The translations under genes were made by a program, and so were the position numbers. A DNA stretch of 64,000 nt, taken from the IMG/VR virus record IMGVR_UViG_3300044811_000031, positions 1 through 64,000 of that record, one strand, 5' to 3'. The stretch comes from a virus. Each line of letters starts with the position of its first letter. Position 1 is the stretch's first letter. The notes beneath the pieces were generated by a model that searched no databases, was not told the origin of the DNA, and saw only the letters and a program-made list of their open reading frames with translations. Below, piece by piece: positions 48,748-57,496 of this stretch.

Positions 48748-49826
48748 AGATCAAGGTCTACCCGGCGGACGTCTTCGGGTGTGGGCACTTCCGGCTCATC
48801 TGGGCCTGCGAGTTCCTGATGGCGGCCGGGCACGACATCGAGCTGGTGCCCCCCGGGGAGCGCCAGCTCGAACTCCGTGTCAGCGGGAACGAGGTGACCG
48901 ACGTCGTCCTGGGCGACGAGGACGTGATCGTGTTCCAGCGGGTGACGCACGCCTTCCTCGCTCAGGCCGTGCCGATCATCCGGGCCAAGGGCGTGGCGGT
49001 CGTGGTCGACATAGACGACGACCTGTCCGCCATCCACCCGAGCAACCCGGCCTACGCCGCGATGCACCCGCGCAACGAGATGCGCCTGGAGCCCGGCCGC
49101 CGGGAGCCCCGCCGTCACAGCTGGCACCACCTGGCCACGGCCTGCCGCGAGGCGACCCTGGTGACGACCTCGACGCCGGGGCTCATCGAGCGCTACGCCC
49201 GCCACGGCCGGGGACAGGTCATCTACAACTACCTGCCGGAGATCTACTACGGCGTCCCCCACGAGGACAGTGACCTCATCGGCTGGCCTGCCGCGCTCGT
49301 CTCCCACCCGGATGACCCGTCGGCCGTAGGTGGTGCGCTCGCACGCCTGACGGGGGCAGGAGCGGCCTTCCAGGTCGTGGGTGACCCAACGGGCGCCGGA
49401 CGGGCCTTCGGGCTCTCAGAGGACCCTCAGGGGATTCTCGGGGTCGACGTCCACCAGTGGCCCGCAGAGGTCGCCAGGCTCGGCATCGGCATCGCCCCGC
49501 TGGCCGACACGAAGTTCAACCGCAGCAAGAGCTGGCTCAAGCCGCTAGAGATGAGCGCTCTCGGTGTGCCGTGGGTGGCCAGCCCGAGCGCGGAGTACGC
49601 GCGCCTGCACCGCATGGGCGTCGGGGTGCTGGCCGACCGGCCGCGTCAGTGGTACCGCCACCTGGACCTGATCCGGCGGGACGCCGGGCTGCGCAACGAC
49701 CTCGCCGGGCAGGGCTACGAGGTCGCCGCCGGGCTCCGGCTACGCGACCACGCGTGGCGGTGGGCCGAGGCCTGGAGCAACGCTCTGGAGCTGCAACGTG
49801 GGAGTGTCGGCGCCGGGGTCCAGTAG
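48744..49826 (+). CDS. Glycosyltransferase (GT-B fold)
   Basis: VFQR, VVDIDDD, LVTTST, IGIAPLADTKFNRSKSWLKPLE...PWVAS. Confidence 0.8.
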   Translation: MKIKVYPADVFGCGHFRLIWACEFLMAAGHDIELVPPGERQLELRVSGNEVTDVVLGDEDVIVFQRVTHAFLAQAVPIIRAKGVAVVVDIDDDLSAIHPSNPAYAAMHPRNEMRLEPGRREPRRHSWHHLATACREATLVTTSTPGLIERYARHGRGQVIYNYLPEIYYGVPHEDSDLIGWPAALVSHPDDPSAVGGALARLTGAGAAFQVVGDPTGAGRAFGLSEDPQGILGVDVHQWPAEVARLGIGIAPLADTKFNRSKSWLKPLEMSALGVPWVASPSAEYARLHRMGVGVLADRPRQWYRHLDLIRRDAGLRNDLAGQGYEVAAGLRLRDHAWRWAEAWSNALELQRGSVGAGVQ

Positions 49827-50003
49827 GTCGCACTGCCGGGAGAGCTGCTCGATCCGCCCGGCCAGGGCGTCGATCTGTACGGTCAGGGAGGCCCGGCAGC
49901 GGGGGCTCAGGTCGGTGGCGTCCTGGATCTGACGCCGTTTGGCCTCCAGCAGGCCGGTCATGTCGGCGGCGTGGGCGGCCAGCTCCTGCAAGGTCATCAT
50001 CAT
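49740..50003 (-). CDS. Hypothetical protein
   Basis: ATGA coupling to WhiB stop; overlaps GT 3' end. Confidence 0.45.
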   Translation of the reverse strand: MMMTLQELAAHAADMTGLLEAKRRQIQDATDLSPRCRASLTVQIDALAGRIEQLSRQCDLLDPGADTPTLQLQSVAPGLGPPPRVVA

Positions 50004-50401
50004 GTGGTGGCGGCTTCCGGCTGGTGCTTCCCGGTGGGACGGCTCTCCGCCCTCCACGATGCGCCGCACCGGGTGCAGACCTCGTACTCGTCCACCGCCA
50101 CCAGGTCGACGCTCAGGCACAGCGGGCACTTGGCCCGGCTGCGCGTACGGGACATGGCCTGGCGCATGGCCCGGGTGGTCCCGGCCCACAGCCCCCAGTC
50201 CTTGTTGATCACTGCCGAGTTCAGGCACTTGCCCCGGACCGGGCAGATGTTGCAGTAGGTGCTCTGCACGAAGGCCAGAGCCACCGCGTCGTTCTCGTCG
50301 GCGGGGTAGAAGACCGCGTCGAATTCATTGAGGTCTACGCCCTTGCACCGGGCGTACTCGTGCCAGTCGGGCTTGATGGAAGCCCACACGCTGTCTGCCA
50401 T
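50000..50401 (-). CDS. whiB: WhiB-family regulator with C-terminal Zn ribbon
   Basis: WHEYARC...FYP...CNICPVRGKC...WGLWAG; extra CPLC...CTRC. Confidence 0.8.
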   Translation of the reverse strand: MADSVWASIKPDWHEYARCKGVDLNEFDAVFYPADENDAVALAFVQSTYCNICPVRGKCLNSAVINKDWGLWAGTTRAMRQAMSRTRSRAKCPLCLSVDLVAVDEYEVCTRCGASWRAESRPTGKHQPEAATT

Positions 50402-50446
50402 GCCGAGCCTCGATTCTTTCGCCTCCCATAGTCCGCCTGTGTGGAG

Positions 50447-50486
50447 AAATAGAAAAGGCCCAGCACCCGGGGTGGGTGCTGGGCCT
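50447..50486 (-). terminator. Intrinsic terminator
   Basis: 13-bp stem AGGCCCAGCACCC followed by a T-rich tract on the minus strand. Confidence 0.75.
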
Positions 50487-50493
50487 CTCGGTC

Positions 50494-51237
50494 CTAGCCT
50501 TGCCGTTCTCCCATGGGCGGATACCCGGCACCGCGCGCCGGTGCCCGCAGGTGCCACGGGATGTCCAGATCGGGGGAGGCGACGGACGCCTGCATGCTGA
50601 AGGCGTCGCCCTGTAGCTCCCAGTCCTCCCGGAACCCGGCCGTACGCGACTCGCGGTCGAGCACCGGCGGAGGAGGCAGTATCCCGCCGGGGTGGTACCC
50701 GCCGCCGCGCTGGCTGCTCGGCCGCACCGGGTACCGGTCGTCGTCCATGCCACCGGTGCGTCGTCCGCCCCCGGCCGGGATGGTCCGGCGCCCCCGCTCC
50801 GGGAAGGTCGAGCCGACGTAGTCCGTGTCCCGCCAGGCGTTCTTGACGACGTACTGGTGGGAGCCGGTCGTCGGGCTGTAGCCGATGTCGGGGACGACCC
50901 GCTGGCCGTCGGCCGTGATCCACGCGATGGGGGTCTGGTAGCTGTAGACCACGTACTCCGCGTCGCGGGCCTCGTCCTGGTACTCGGTCGGCAGGTGGCC
51001 CATCTCGGCCGCCCCACCGATCACGCCGCGCATCGACCCGGTGCCGATGCGGAACGCCTTCAACTGGGTGATGCGCGGTCCGGCCTGATCGATCGTGACG
51101 ACCATGCGCCGGTCGGTGTAGTGGCGGTGGCCGTCGACCATGTGGTCGCAGGTGCCGCACTTCCGGCCCATTCCCTCGGTGTACTGCTCGCAGCCGCACC
51201 AGCGGTTGGCGCACTCGTGCGGGGTTGCCCGGTTCAC
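50494..51237 (-). CDS. Hypothetical protein (YVVYSYxTPI family)
   Basis: Paralogous to 52352-52828; N-terminal Cys/His cluster. Confidence 0.6.
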   Translation of the reverse strand: MNRATPHECANRWCGCEQYTEGMGRKCGTCDHMVDGHRHYTDRRMVVTIDQAGPRITQLKAFRIGTGSMRGVIGGAAEMGHLPTEYQDEARDAEYVVYSYQTPIAWITADGQRVVPDIGYSPTTGSHQYVVKNAWRDTDYVGSTFPERGRRTIPAGGGRRTGGMDDDRYPVRPSSQRGGGYHPGGILPPPPVLDRESRTAGFREDWELQGDAFSMQASVASPDLDIPWHLRAPARGAGYPPMGERQG

Positions 51238-51353
51238 TTCTTCTTGCCTCCCTTGTCGCCCGGCTTCTGGCCGGTGGCGATGTACTTGAGCGTCGCTTTG
51301 ATGCCCCCGTAACCGGCCATTCCCAGCCCGGCCTCGATCACCCAGATCCACAT
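51234..51353 (-). CDS. 39-aa peptide
   Basis: GAGGAGG RBS; coupled to the next gene. Confidence 0.5.
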   Translation of the reverse strand: MWIWVIEAGLGMAGYGGIKATLKYIATGQKPGDKGGKKK

Positions 51354-51362
51354 GGCGCCTCC

Positions 51363-51719
51363 TCAGAGGGTGACGGTGAGCAGGTAGACGGCGCCCACCA
51401 GCTCGGCTGCGTTGACGGCCAGCTCGACCACCAGACGGCCGGGGCTCCACTCGCCGGTGTCCCGGCCGACCTTCAGGCTCATCCGGATGAGCGAGACGAA
51501 CAGGGCGGAACCCATCAGGCCCACCACCAGCAGGACCCCGGGCTCGGGGTGGCCGATGGCCAGCGACGCCAGAATGCAGCTCATCGCCAGAGCCACGAAG
51601 GCTCCGGCACCGGCGGCCTGCTGAGTGACCATCGGCCGCTTGCCGGTGCCCCGGGACGCTTCAGTGGTCAGGCCGATTGCGTAGAGAGCGGCCAGGATGA
51701 CGGCTATAGCAGTGTTCAT
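51363..51719 (-). CDS. Membrane protein
   Basis: AGGAGAGATCATG start; about 4 TM. Confidence 0.65.
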   Translation of the reverse strand: MNTAIAVILAALYAIGLTTEASRGTGKRPMVTQQAAGAGAFVALAMSCILASLAIGHPEPGVLLVVGLMGSALFVSLIRMSLKVGRDTGEWSPGRLVVELAVNAAELVGAVYLLTVTL

Positions 51720-51746
51720 GATCTCTCCTGTCTCGTTGGTCTTACG

Positions 51747-51821
51747 TGCACCCGGCAGGACTCGAACCTGCGCCACGCGGCTTCGTAGGCCGCTGCTCTG
51801 TCCGGACTGAGCTACGGGTGC
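51747..51821 (-). tRNA. tRNA-Arg(ACG)
   Basis: Full cloverleaf; GCGGC-CTACGAA-GCCGC; TTCGAGT T-loop. Confidence 0.9.
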
Positions 51822-51899
51822 TCGGTGGCCGCCGCTGGCCCTCAGTGGACCGGCGGCGGCCGGGGTGGTGCTACCTCCTTGGTCGGGCCCGGCGAGCCC

Positions 51900-52352
51900 T
51901 CAGCGGGCTGTTCGGGCGCGGTCCCGCTGGCTGATGAAGCCGTGCTCCTTCGGTGCCAGCGGCAGCTCCTCCTCGCGGTGGGCGACGACCCAGCTGTCCG
52001 CGTCGCCGTCGCCGTCCGCCAGGGTGATCCGGCAGGCGACCCACAGCCCCGGGGTCTCCCGGATGTGGTCCTCCAGGTTGCCCCCGATGTACTCGGAGGA
52101 GTGCAGCCCCACGCCGCTGTAGCCGTACTGCCCAGTCCAGCCGGACAGCAGGCTCCAGCCCTGGCGCCGGACCGCGCGGATCATGTCGGCCTCGTGCTCC
52201 TTGAGGATCGAGCCGTCGTCCGTCGTCTCGGTCTCGACCTCCGGCGCCCGGACGTCCGGCACGGCCTCGACCGTGCCGTCATCCCGGACCCGGACGACCT
52301 GGCCGAACTCCATCAGGTCGCGCAGCTCCCGGCTGCGTCGTCCCCAGCCCAT
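51900..52352 (-). CDS. Hypothetical protein
   Basis: TAATG coupling. Confidence 0.6.
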   Translation of the reverse strand: MGWGRRSRELRDLMEFGQVVRVRDDGTVEAVPDVRAPEVETETTDDGSILKEHEADMIRAVRRQGWSLLSGWTGQYGYSGVGLHSSEYIGGNLEDHIRETPGLWVACRITLADGDGDADSWVVAHREEELPLAPKEHGFISQRDRARTAR

Positions 52353-52828
52353 TACGGCTTCCACTGCGATCCGCCGAAGTGCGGGTCACGCTTCATGGCC
52401 CGGGTGTAGTCGGTACCGGCCGCCACCATCGCGTCCGGGCCCGGCTCGTCCGGGTCCAGGCCGCGCTGCTTGAGCCATGCCTTACGGCCCTTGGCGGTGC
52501 CGTCGTGGTAGCTCCCCCACGCCTCGATCAGGACGGCACGGTGGGCGTTGGTCGTGGTGGAGTGGTTGACCGCCGGGATGACCCGCTCCAGCAGGCCGGT
52601 CTGCTCGTCTTCGAGGGCCCAGCCGATCGGGGTGTCGTAGCTGTAGACCACGTACACCGCCTCATGCAGGCTGGCCTTCAGCTCGGCCGCGTTGCTCTCG
52701 CTGCTCAGCCAGCCGAGGTCGCGCCCGGCGCCGGGTACGCCGCGCAGGTTGCCGGTGGACAGCTCCCACTTGCGGTGGTTGTCGAACGCGCTGATCGCCT
52801 TACGCCGTGCTTCCTGTCCCATGGCCAT
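52352..52828 (-). CDS. Hypothetical protein (YVVYSYxTPI family)
   Basis: AGGAG RBS; paralog of 50494-51237. Confidence 0.65.
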   Translation of the reverse strand: MAMGQEARRKAISAFDNHRKWELSTGNLRGVPGAGRDLGWLSSESNAAELKASLHEAVYVVYSYDTPIGWALEDEQTGLLERVIPAVNHSTTTNAHRAVLIEAWGSYHDGTAKGRKAWLKQRGLDPDEPGPDAMVAAGTDYTRAMKRDPHFGGSQWKP

Positions 52829-52848
52829 GGGTGTCTCCTGTCTCGGGG

Positions 52849-52863
52849 GATTTAATTAAACCA
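52849..52863 (-). promoter_or_regulatory. TGGTTTAATTAAATC motif (extended -10 or operator)
   Basis: 14/15 identical to 58641-58655; both follow a hairpin and precede an RBS. Confidence 0.55.
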
Positions 52864-52893
52864 CTCGGAGCCCCCCGGAGGGGGCTCCGGCGA

Positions 52894-53154
52894 CTACACC
52901 TCGCGGCTGGCCGCCCACAGCCGCCGGGTGGCGGCGAACACGGCGACCCGCTTCCTCGTCTTCAGGTCGGACCCGGTGACGAAGTAGGCCGGGATGTACT
53001 CGCCCCGGTACAGGATCTCCGCCAGGGCGACCTGGTGGACCAGCACCTGGCGGGTGATGACGGCCGGGCCGTCGTCCTTGACGTACTCGGTGAACACGTC
53101 GCCACCCTTCAGCTGCGGGCTGCGGACGATGAACTCGGTGAGCTTGCTCTGCAT
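52894..53154 (-). CDS. Hypothetical protein
   Basis: AGGAGATCGATCATG start. Confidence 0.6.
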   Translation of the reverse strand: MQSKLTEFIVRSPQLKGGDVFTEYVKDDGPAVITRQVLVHQVALAEILYRGEYIPAYFVTGSDLKTRKRVAVFAATRRLWAASREV

Positions 53155-53193
53155 GATCGATCTCCTGGGCTTGCTGTGCGGTGGACGGGCGGG

Positions 53194-53538
53194 TCAGCGG
53201 CTGGACCGCTTCTTGAACGTCACCGGCGCGTCGTCCGTGTAGACGGCGTCCCGGATCTTGGGGGCCCAGCGGAACATCGGCTTGGTCCGGGCGGGGGCCA
53301 GCCAGGTCTCCCCGTTCTGCGGGTTGCGGCGCACCCGGGGCGCCTCGACCTTCGGGTACCAGGTACCGAAGTTGGTGACGTTGACCGGGTGACCGGCCAC
53401 CACGTTGCGGGGGATGACGTCGAACGTCGCCCGCAGTACCCGCTCCACGATCTCGCGGCTGACGCCGGACTCGGCCGCGACGGCCTCGGCCAGGGCCATG
53501 TGGTTCAGGCGGCCGGTGGGGATGTGTCGTGCGCTCAT
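53194..53538 (-). CDS. HU/IHF-family DNA-binding protein
   Basis: LAEAVAAESGVSR...VNVTNFGTW...RRNPQNGE...PMFRWAPKIRDAV. Confidence 0.85.
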   Translation of the reverse strand: MSARHIPTGRLNHMALAEAVAAESGVSREIVERVLRATFDVIPRNVVAGHPVNVTNFGTWYPKVEAPRVRRNPQNGETWLAPARTKPMFRWAPKIRDAVYTDDAPVTFKKRSSR

Positions 53539-53545
53539 GATCTCC

Positions 53546-53998
53546 TCAATCCTTGACGACCGGCCACGGGACCGGCTTGCCGTCGCTCTTGCGGACCCAC
53601 TGTCCGCCGGATGTCTTCTCGAAGGGGTCGATCAGGTCGGCCGCGAACTCCATGCCGTCCAGACCGTGGGGCGTCCAGGTGCCGAGGCGCCTGACCCGCG
53701 CCTTGCGGATCTTCTCCGCGTCGTAGTGCTGGATCATGTCCGGCAGCCACGAGACGAACTTGCACAGGGTCTCCAGCTCGGAGTCGTCACCCTCCCAGTC
53801 GTCCGGCTGGTCCATGTCGTAGGTGACCTTGTGGACCGCGTCGGCCAGCGTGCGGTACGCCGCGTGATCGCTGTCCTCCAGCGCTCCGGCGGCGACCTTG
53901 TCGTGGAACTGCTGGATGTACTTGCTCCCGCTGTCCCACGTCCAGCCGTGAGCGATCATCGCCCCCAGGAGGACGGCCCGCTCGGTCTCTCCGTGCAT
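53546..53998 (-). CDS. Hypothetical protein
   Basis: TGATG coupling; GGAGG RBS. Confidence 0.6.
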   Translation of the reverse strand: MHGETERAVLLGAMIAHGWTWDSGSKYIQQFHDKVAAGALEDSDHAAYRTLADAVHKVTYDMDQPDDWEGDDSELETLCKFVSWLPDMIQHYDAEKIRKARVRRLGTWTPHGLDGMEFAADLIDPFEKTSGGQWVRKSDGKPVPWPVVKD

Positions 53999-54171
53999 CA
54001 CGATGCCTCCGTCCGGGCGAGGAACCACGCGGCGGACCGGGACGTCCTCCGTGCCCTGCTGGAGGCCCGTGAGCCCCTGGCCCGGTCGGTGGTGCCGGAC
54101 CGGTCCTGTTCGGCCGCCCTGCGCCCGTCTGTGGACGCCTTGCGGGTCTTCTGCACCTGCTCCTGCTTCAT
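53998..54171 (-). CDS. Small basic protein
   Basis: AGGAG RBS; Arg-rich. Confidence 0.45.
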   Translation of the reverse strand: MKQEQVQKTRKASTDGRRAAEQDRSGTTDRARGSRASSRARRTSRSAAWFLARTEAS

Positions 54172-54192
54172 AACCGATCTCCTCTCACTGCG

Positions 54193-54265
54193 AGCCCCCG
54201 GCACGATTCGAACGTGCAACCTGCTCATTACGAAAGAGCTGCTCTGGCCGTTGAGCTACGGGGGC
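54193..54265 (-). tRNA. tRNA-Thr(CGT)
   Basis: Cloverleaf GCCCCCG/CGGGGGC; loop TTCGTAA; TTCGAAT T-loop. Confidence 0.85.
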
Positions 54266-54291
54266 TGGCCCGGCCGGAGCCGGGGTTGTGC

Positions 54292-54573
54292 TCACTTCCT
54301 TCGTCCACCGCACCAGGACTCCAGCGCTCCGTCGATCACCTGCTTGTTGCTGGTGGTCTCGGCTTCGTCCTCGTCCGCGAAATCGAACCACACCGAGTGC
54401 AGCCACTCGGAGAACGGCTTGGCGCTCTCGGGCGGCAGCTCGCGGGTGTCCAGGACGTACTGGTAGATCATCCCGGCGTCGACACCGCGCTGGACGCCCG
54501 GCCTGACGTCCTCCGGCCGGGCCCCCTGCTCGTCGTACTGCTCGGCCAGGGCTTTGGGGTCCAGGGCGGTCAT
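54292..54573 (-). CDS. Hypothetical protein
   Basis: ATGA coupling. Confidence 0.55.
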   Translation of the reverse strand: MTALDPKALAEQYDEQGARPEDVRPGVQRGVDAGMIYQYVLDTRELPPESAKPFSEWLHSVWFDFADEDEAETTSNKQVIDGALESWCGGRRK

Positions 54574-54890
54574 CGGGGCACCTCTACTTCGGCGCTCTCG
54601 ATGGCCGTGGTGTGGACTCCGTAGACCCCGGCCTTGCTGGCTGTGATGAGGTACATGCCGACAGCTTTGGACGGGTCCTTGAAAGCCTGGCCCCACGAGA
54701 GGTCGAGCTGCTGGACGAACAGGTCGCGCTGGAAGCCGACGACCCGGTACGGGTCGCCATGCCAGACGTCCTGGCGGCCGATCATGCCCTGCTCGTCTGC
54801 GAAGAACGGGTACGGGAGCTTGGTCAGCTCCTGTCCGTCGTCGGTGATCTGATCGGTGAACGCTGCGGGTTGCAGCCGGATGATGGTCAT
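54570..54890 (-). CDS. Hypothetical protein
   Basis: Coupled ORF. Confidence 0.6.
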   Translation of the reverse strand: MTIIRLQPAAFTDQITDDGQELTKLPYPFFADEQGMIGRQDVWHGDPYRVVGFQRDLFVQQLDLSWGQAFKDPSKAVGMYLITASKAGVYGVHTTAIESAEVEVPR

Positions 54891-55276
54891 AGCGGGTCCA
54901 GCCCTTCGTGCTCACGGATCAGGTTGGCGAGGGTGACCATGTCGTCGGCCCACCGCTTGCTGCTGTGGACCTCGATGCCGAGCCCCCGCAGGTACTCGCG
55001 GGCGGCGGACTCACGCCTGTCCCAGGCGAGCTGCTCGGGGGTGCGGATACGCGCCGGGCTGCCGATGCCCTTGCCCGGCGGGTAGACGGTCTTGGTCCCC
55101 ATGTGGAAGCGGTCGTCCCGGATGTACCCGCCGTCTATCGGCTTGACGGTCAGCCATACCCGGCCGACCGAGACGACCTCGACCGGGGTCTCCCGGGTGC
55201 CACGGTTCAGCGTTTCGGTGATCATCAGTTCGTCGCCGACGGCCAGCGGACCCAGCTCCGGGCGCTTGTGGTTCAT
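54887..55276 (-). CDS. Hypothetical protein (small beta-barrel-like)
   Basis: LAVGDELMI...VEVVSVGRVWLTV. Confidence 0.6.
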   Translation of the reverse strand: MNHKRPELGPLAVGDELMITETLNRGTRETPVEVVSVGRVWLTVKPIDGGYIRDDRFHMGTKTVYPPGKGIGSPARIRTPEQLAWDRRESAAREYLRGLGIEVHSSKRWADDMVTLANLIREHEGLDPL

Positions 55277-55428
55277 CGCCACAGCGAGTCCCCCTCCTCG
55301 TCCACGGCCTCGCCGTCGATGCCCTGGCCGACGATCGTCCACTTCTCGGGGAGGTCGTCGTACGCCTGGATGATCGCGGCCTTGGGGTCGTCGGACTCGA
55401 TCTCGATGAAGATCTGTACGTGTGCCAT
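55273..55428 (-). CDS. Small acidic protein
   Basis: GAGGAG RBS; ATGA coupling. Confidence 0.5.
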   Translation of the reverse strand: MAHVQIFIEIESDDPKAAIIQAYDDLPEKWTIVGQGIDGEAVDEEGDSLWR

Positions 55429-55508
55429 CTGCTCTCCTCTCCACTGTGCTGGGTGAACCGTACCCCGGGGCTGACTGGGTCAACCCCGGGGCAGGCTACA
55501 CGGGTTGG

Positions 55509-56228
55509 TCAGCGGTAGCCCTTCGCGGTCGTCCGGAAGGTCGATTTGGTGCCGGTCTTCCACCAGCGGCCCTGACTGAGCGGCGTGGCGCAGAACTCCA
55601 CGACGTGGAGCACCCCGGCCATCTCGTTGACGTAGTCCCGCCACTCCTCGTAGGACATGTCCTCCGGACCCTTGAAGTACAGCGTGTCGTCGCCGTCGGC
55701 CAGGTAGCCGGTGTCCCGGTCGATGATGACGTTGAGCGCCCAGTCGGCCAGGTGCGGGGGGACCTCCTTGAGCTGCTCCCGGCGGCGGCCGGACTTCCAG
55801 CCGGTCCAGCCGTTGGCCAGCTTGTCGTCCATCCACGCCATCAGGTCGAGCACCTGGCTGGTGGCCATGCGGAACGACCCGGCGACTTGGTGGGGGGTGC
55901 TGTTCCAGAACGTGGTGAAGTGCACTCCCGCGTCCGGCAGCCGCTTGGCCTGCATCGTGTTCTGTCCACCGGCGTTGGTCCAGACGTCGCCCATGCGGGA
56001 GCGGTGCAGCCACCCGGCCAGCCGCTCGAAGTCGGCCTGCTCCAGCAGGGTCGAGTCCGAGTGGGAGCTGTGCATCGGGTAGAGCGCGAGCACGGTGGTG
56101 TCGTCCAGGGGGCGCCAGTAGCGCGGTCCCATCTGGAAGCTCGATGACTTGTTCTGCTCGCCCTTGCCCGCTACCTGGTACAGCGCGGCTTCGTACGCCT
56201 GCTGCTCTTCCCTCGTGCGCCTAGGCAT
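55509..56228 (-). CDS. Hypothetical protein
   Basis: GAGGAGG RBS; 239 aa with good codon bias. Confidence 0.65.
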   Translation of the reverse strand: MPRRTREEQQAYEAALYQVAGKGEQNKSSSFQMGPRYWRPLDDTTVLALYPMHSSHSDSTLLEQADFERLAGWLHRSRMGDVWTNAGGQNTMQAKRLPDAGVHFTTFWNSTPHQVAGSFRMATSQVLDLMAWMDDKLANGWTGWKSGRRREQLKEVPPHLADWALNVIIDRDTGYLADGDDTLYFKGPEDMSYEEWRDYVNEMAGVLHVVEFCATPLSQGRWWKTGTKSTFRTTAKGYR

Positions 56229-56466
56229 TGTGTGTTCCTCCTCGTCCCTGCCAGCGGAGGCCGTGGCGCCTCAACCGGGTGATCTTGTTCTTGCTCTCGT
56301 GGTCCATCAGCTTGGCGGTGGTGGAGACGATCTCCCGGTAGCCGCAGGCCAAGCAGACCAGCGCCGGGTGCTTGCCCCGGCTGCGGTCCAGCTCGAACAC
56401 CTTCTGCTCCTCCGCCGCGTCGACCAGGCGGCGGAGGAGGTCGGAGCGGAAGCGGATCTTGCTCAT
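56221..56466 (-). CDS. HicA-like (dsRBD-fold) protein
   Basis: RGKHPAL...IVSTT...D...N...LRRHG pattern. Confidence 0.5.
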   Translation of the reverse strand: MSKIRFRSDLLRRLVDAAEEQKVFELDRSRGKHPALVCLACGYREIVSTTAKLMDHESKNKITRLRRHGLRWQGRGGTHNA

Positions 56467-57005
56467 CAGTCGGTGCACTGCGGGGTGTTGTGCACCCGGC
56501 CGACGTAGCCGCACGGGCACGGCTTCAGATAGGTGGCGTCGGCCGCCTTGGCCGCCCTGGCGGCGGCGGCCAGCTCCCGTCCGCAGGAGCAGAGGTGGCC
56601 CGTCCCCTTCCACCGGGGGCAGCCCTGGCAGCCGGGGAGCCCGGAGGCGCGGGCTGCCCTGACGGCTTCCTCCACGATGCCCTCCAGGTTGCGGAGGGTG
56701 TAGTCGGTGCCGCCCTCGACCCCACCACCGCGCCGGGCCTCCGCCACGACGCTGTACAGCTGGTCGGTCAGGTCGTCGCCGAGCTTGACCTCGTCCTCGG
56801 CCAGCAGCTCGTCCAGCGTGACGGAGTCGTCCTTCCGGCCGTCAGTCCACCCCTTCTGGTAACCGATAATCGACGCCTGGCCAAGGAAGCCTGCGAGGGT
56901 CCGCTTCGCGTCCTCTCGCTGCCGGGGCGGTACGTTCACCAGGAGGACCGCGTACGCCTCCTGATAGACGTCGTTGAGCGTCCTCTCGGGCTTGCTCTGT
57001 GACAT
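56466..57005 (-). CDS. Hypothetical protein with Cys/His-rich C-terminus
   Basis: GAGGAG RBS; CQGC, HLCSCG, CPCG. Confidence 0.6.
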   Translation of the reverse strand: MSQSKPERTLNDVYQEAYAVLLVNVPPRQREDAKRTLAGFLGQASIIGYQKGWTDGRKDDSVTLDELLAEDEVKLGDDLTDQLYSVVAEARRGGGVEGGTDYTLRNLEGIVEEAVRAARASGLPGCQGCPRWKGTGHLCSCGRELAAAARAAKAADATYLKPCPCGYVGRVHNTPQCTD

Positions 57006-57026
57006 CGTGCTCTCCTCTCGTTTGAG

Positions 57027-57096
57027 TGTCCTCAACAGGATTCGAACCTGTGGACTCCGGCACTAGCAACCGGCGCGCAACCGATGCGCTGAGGAC
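57027..57096 (-). tRNA. Atypical tRNA-like RNA, CUA centred in anticodon loop
   Basis: Acceptor GTCCTCA/TGAGGAC, canonical T-arm, stem CCGGT/GCCGG with loop TGCTAGT; no U8, short D-arm. Confidence 0.6.
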
Positions 57097-57226
57097 GTGC
57101 ACGGGATTACGGCTCCCGGCGGCCGGTCGGGCGTCCTCAGCGAGGAACGCGGGGGAGAGACGGGGAGTGGATCTCCCGGGGGTCCTTGGGTGTCGGCTTG
57201 GGACCGGGCTGGCTGACTGCCATTCT

Positions 57227-57496
57227 TCACTCCTCGTTCAGGAACGCTATAGCGATCCGTGCGGCACCCGCGTGGGTGACCGGGTGGCTGGCCGGGGTGA
57301 CCAGATCGTCGGCCTCCAGCAGGTACTGCGGTCCACGGGCGCGGGTCACCTTGTCCGCCCGCAGGCGGACGATCCACTTGCCGTGGTAGCGGGGGCCGAC
57401 GCGCCCGCCGCCCGCCTTGGCGACCTGCGCCCGGATGGTCGTGCCGGGCATCACCTTGTCGAACTCGAAGTCCTCGTCCGTGTACGGATCACTCAT
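57227..57496 (-). CDS. Hypothetical protein
   Basis: Overlap-coupled ORF. Confidence 0.55.
   Translation of the reverse strand: MSDPYTDEDFEFDKVMPGTTIRAQVAKAGGGRVGPRYHGKWIVRLRADKVTRARGPQYLLEADDLVTPASHPVTHAGAARIAIAFLNEE

Noticed and set aside
52849-52863. dif/Xer site
   Set aside because: Only partial resemblance to a XerD arm, no XerC arm or 28-bp layout
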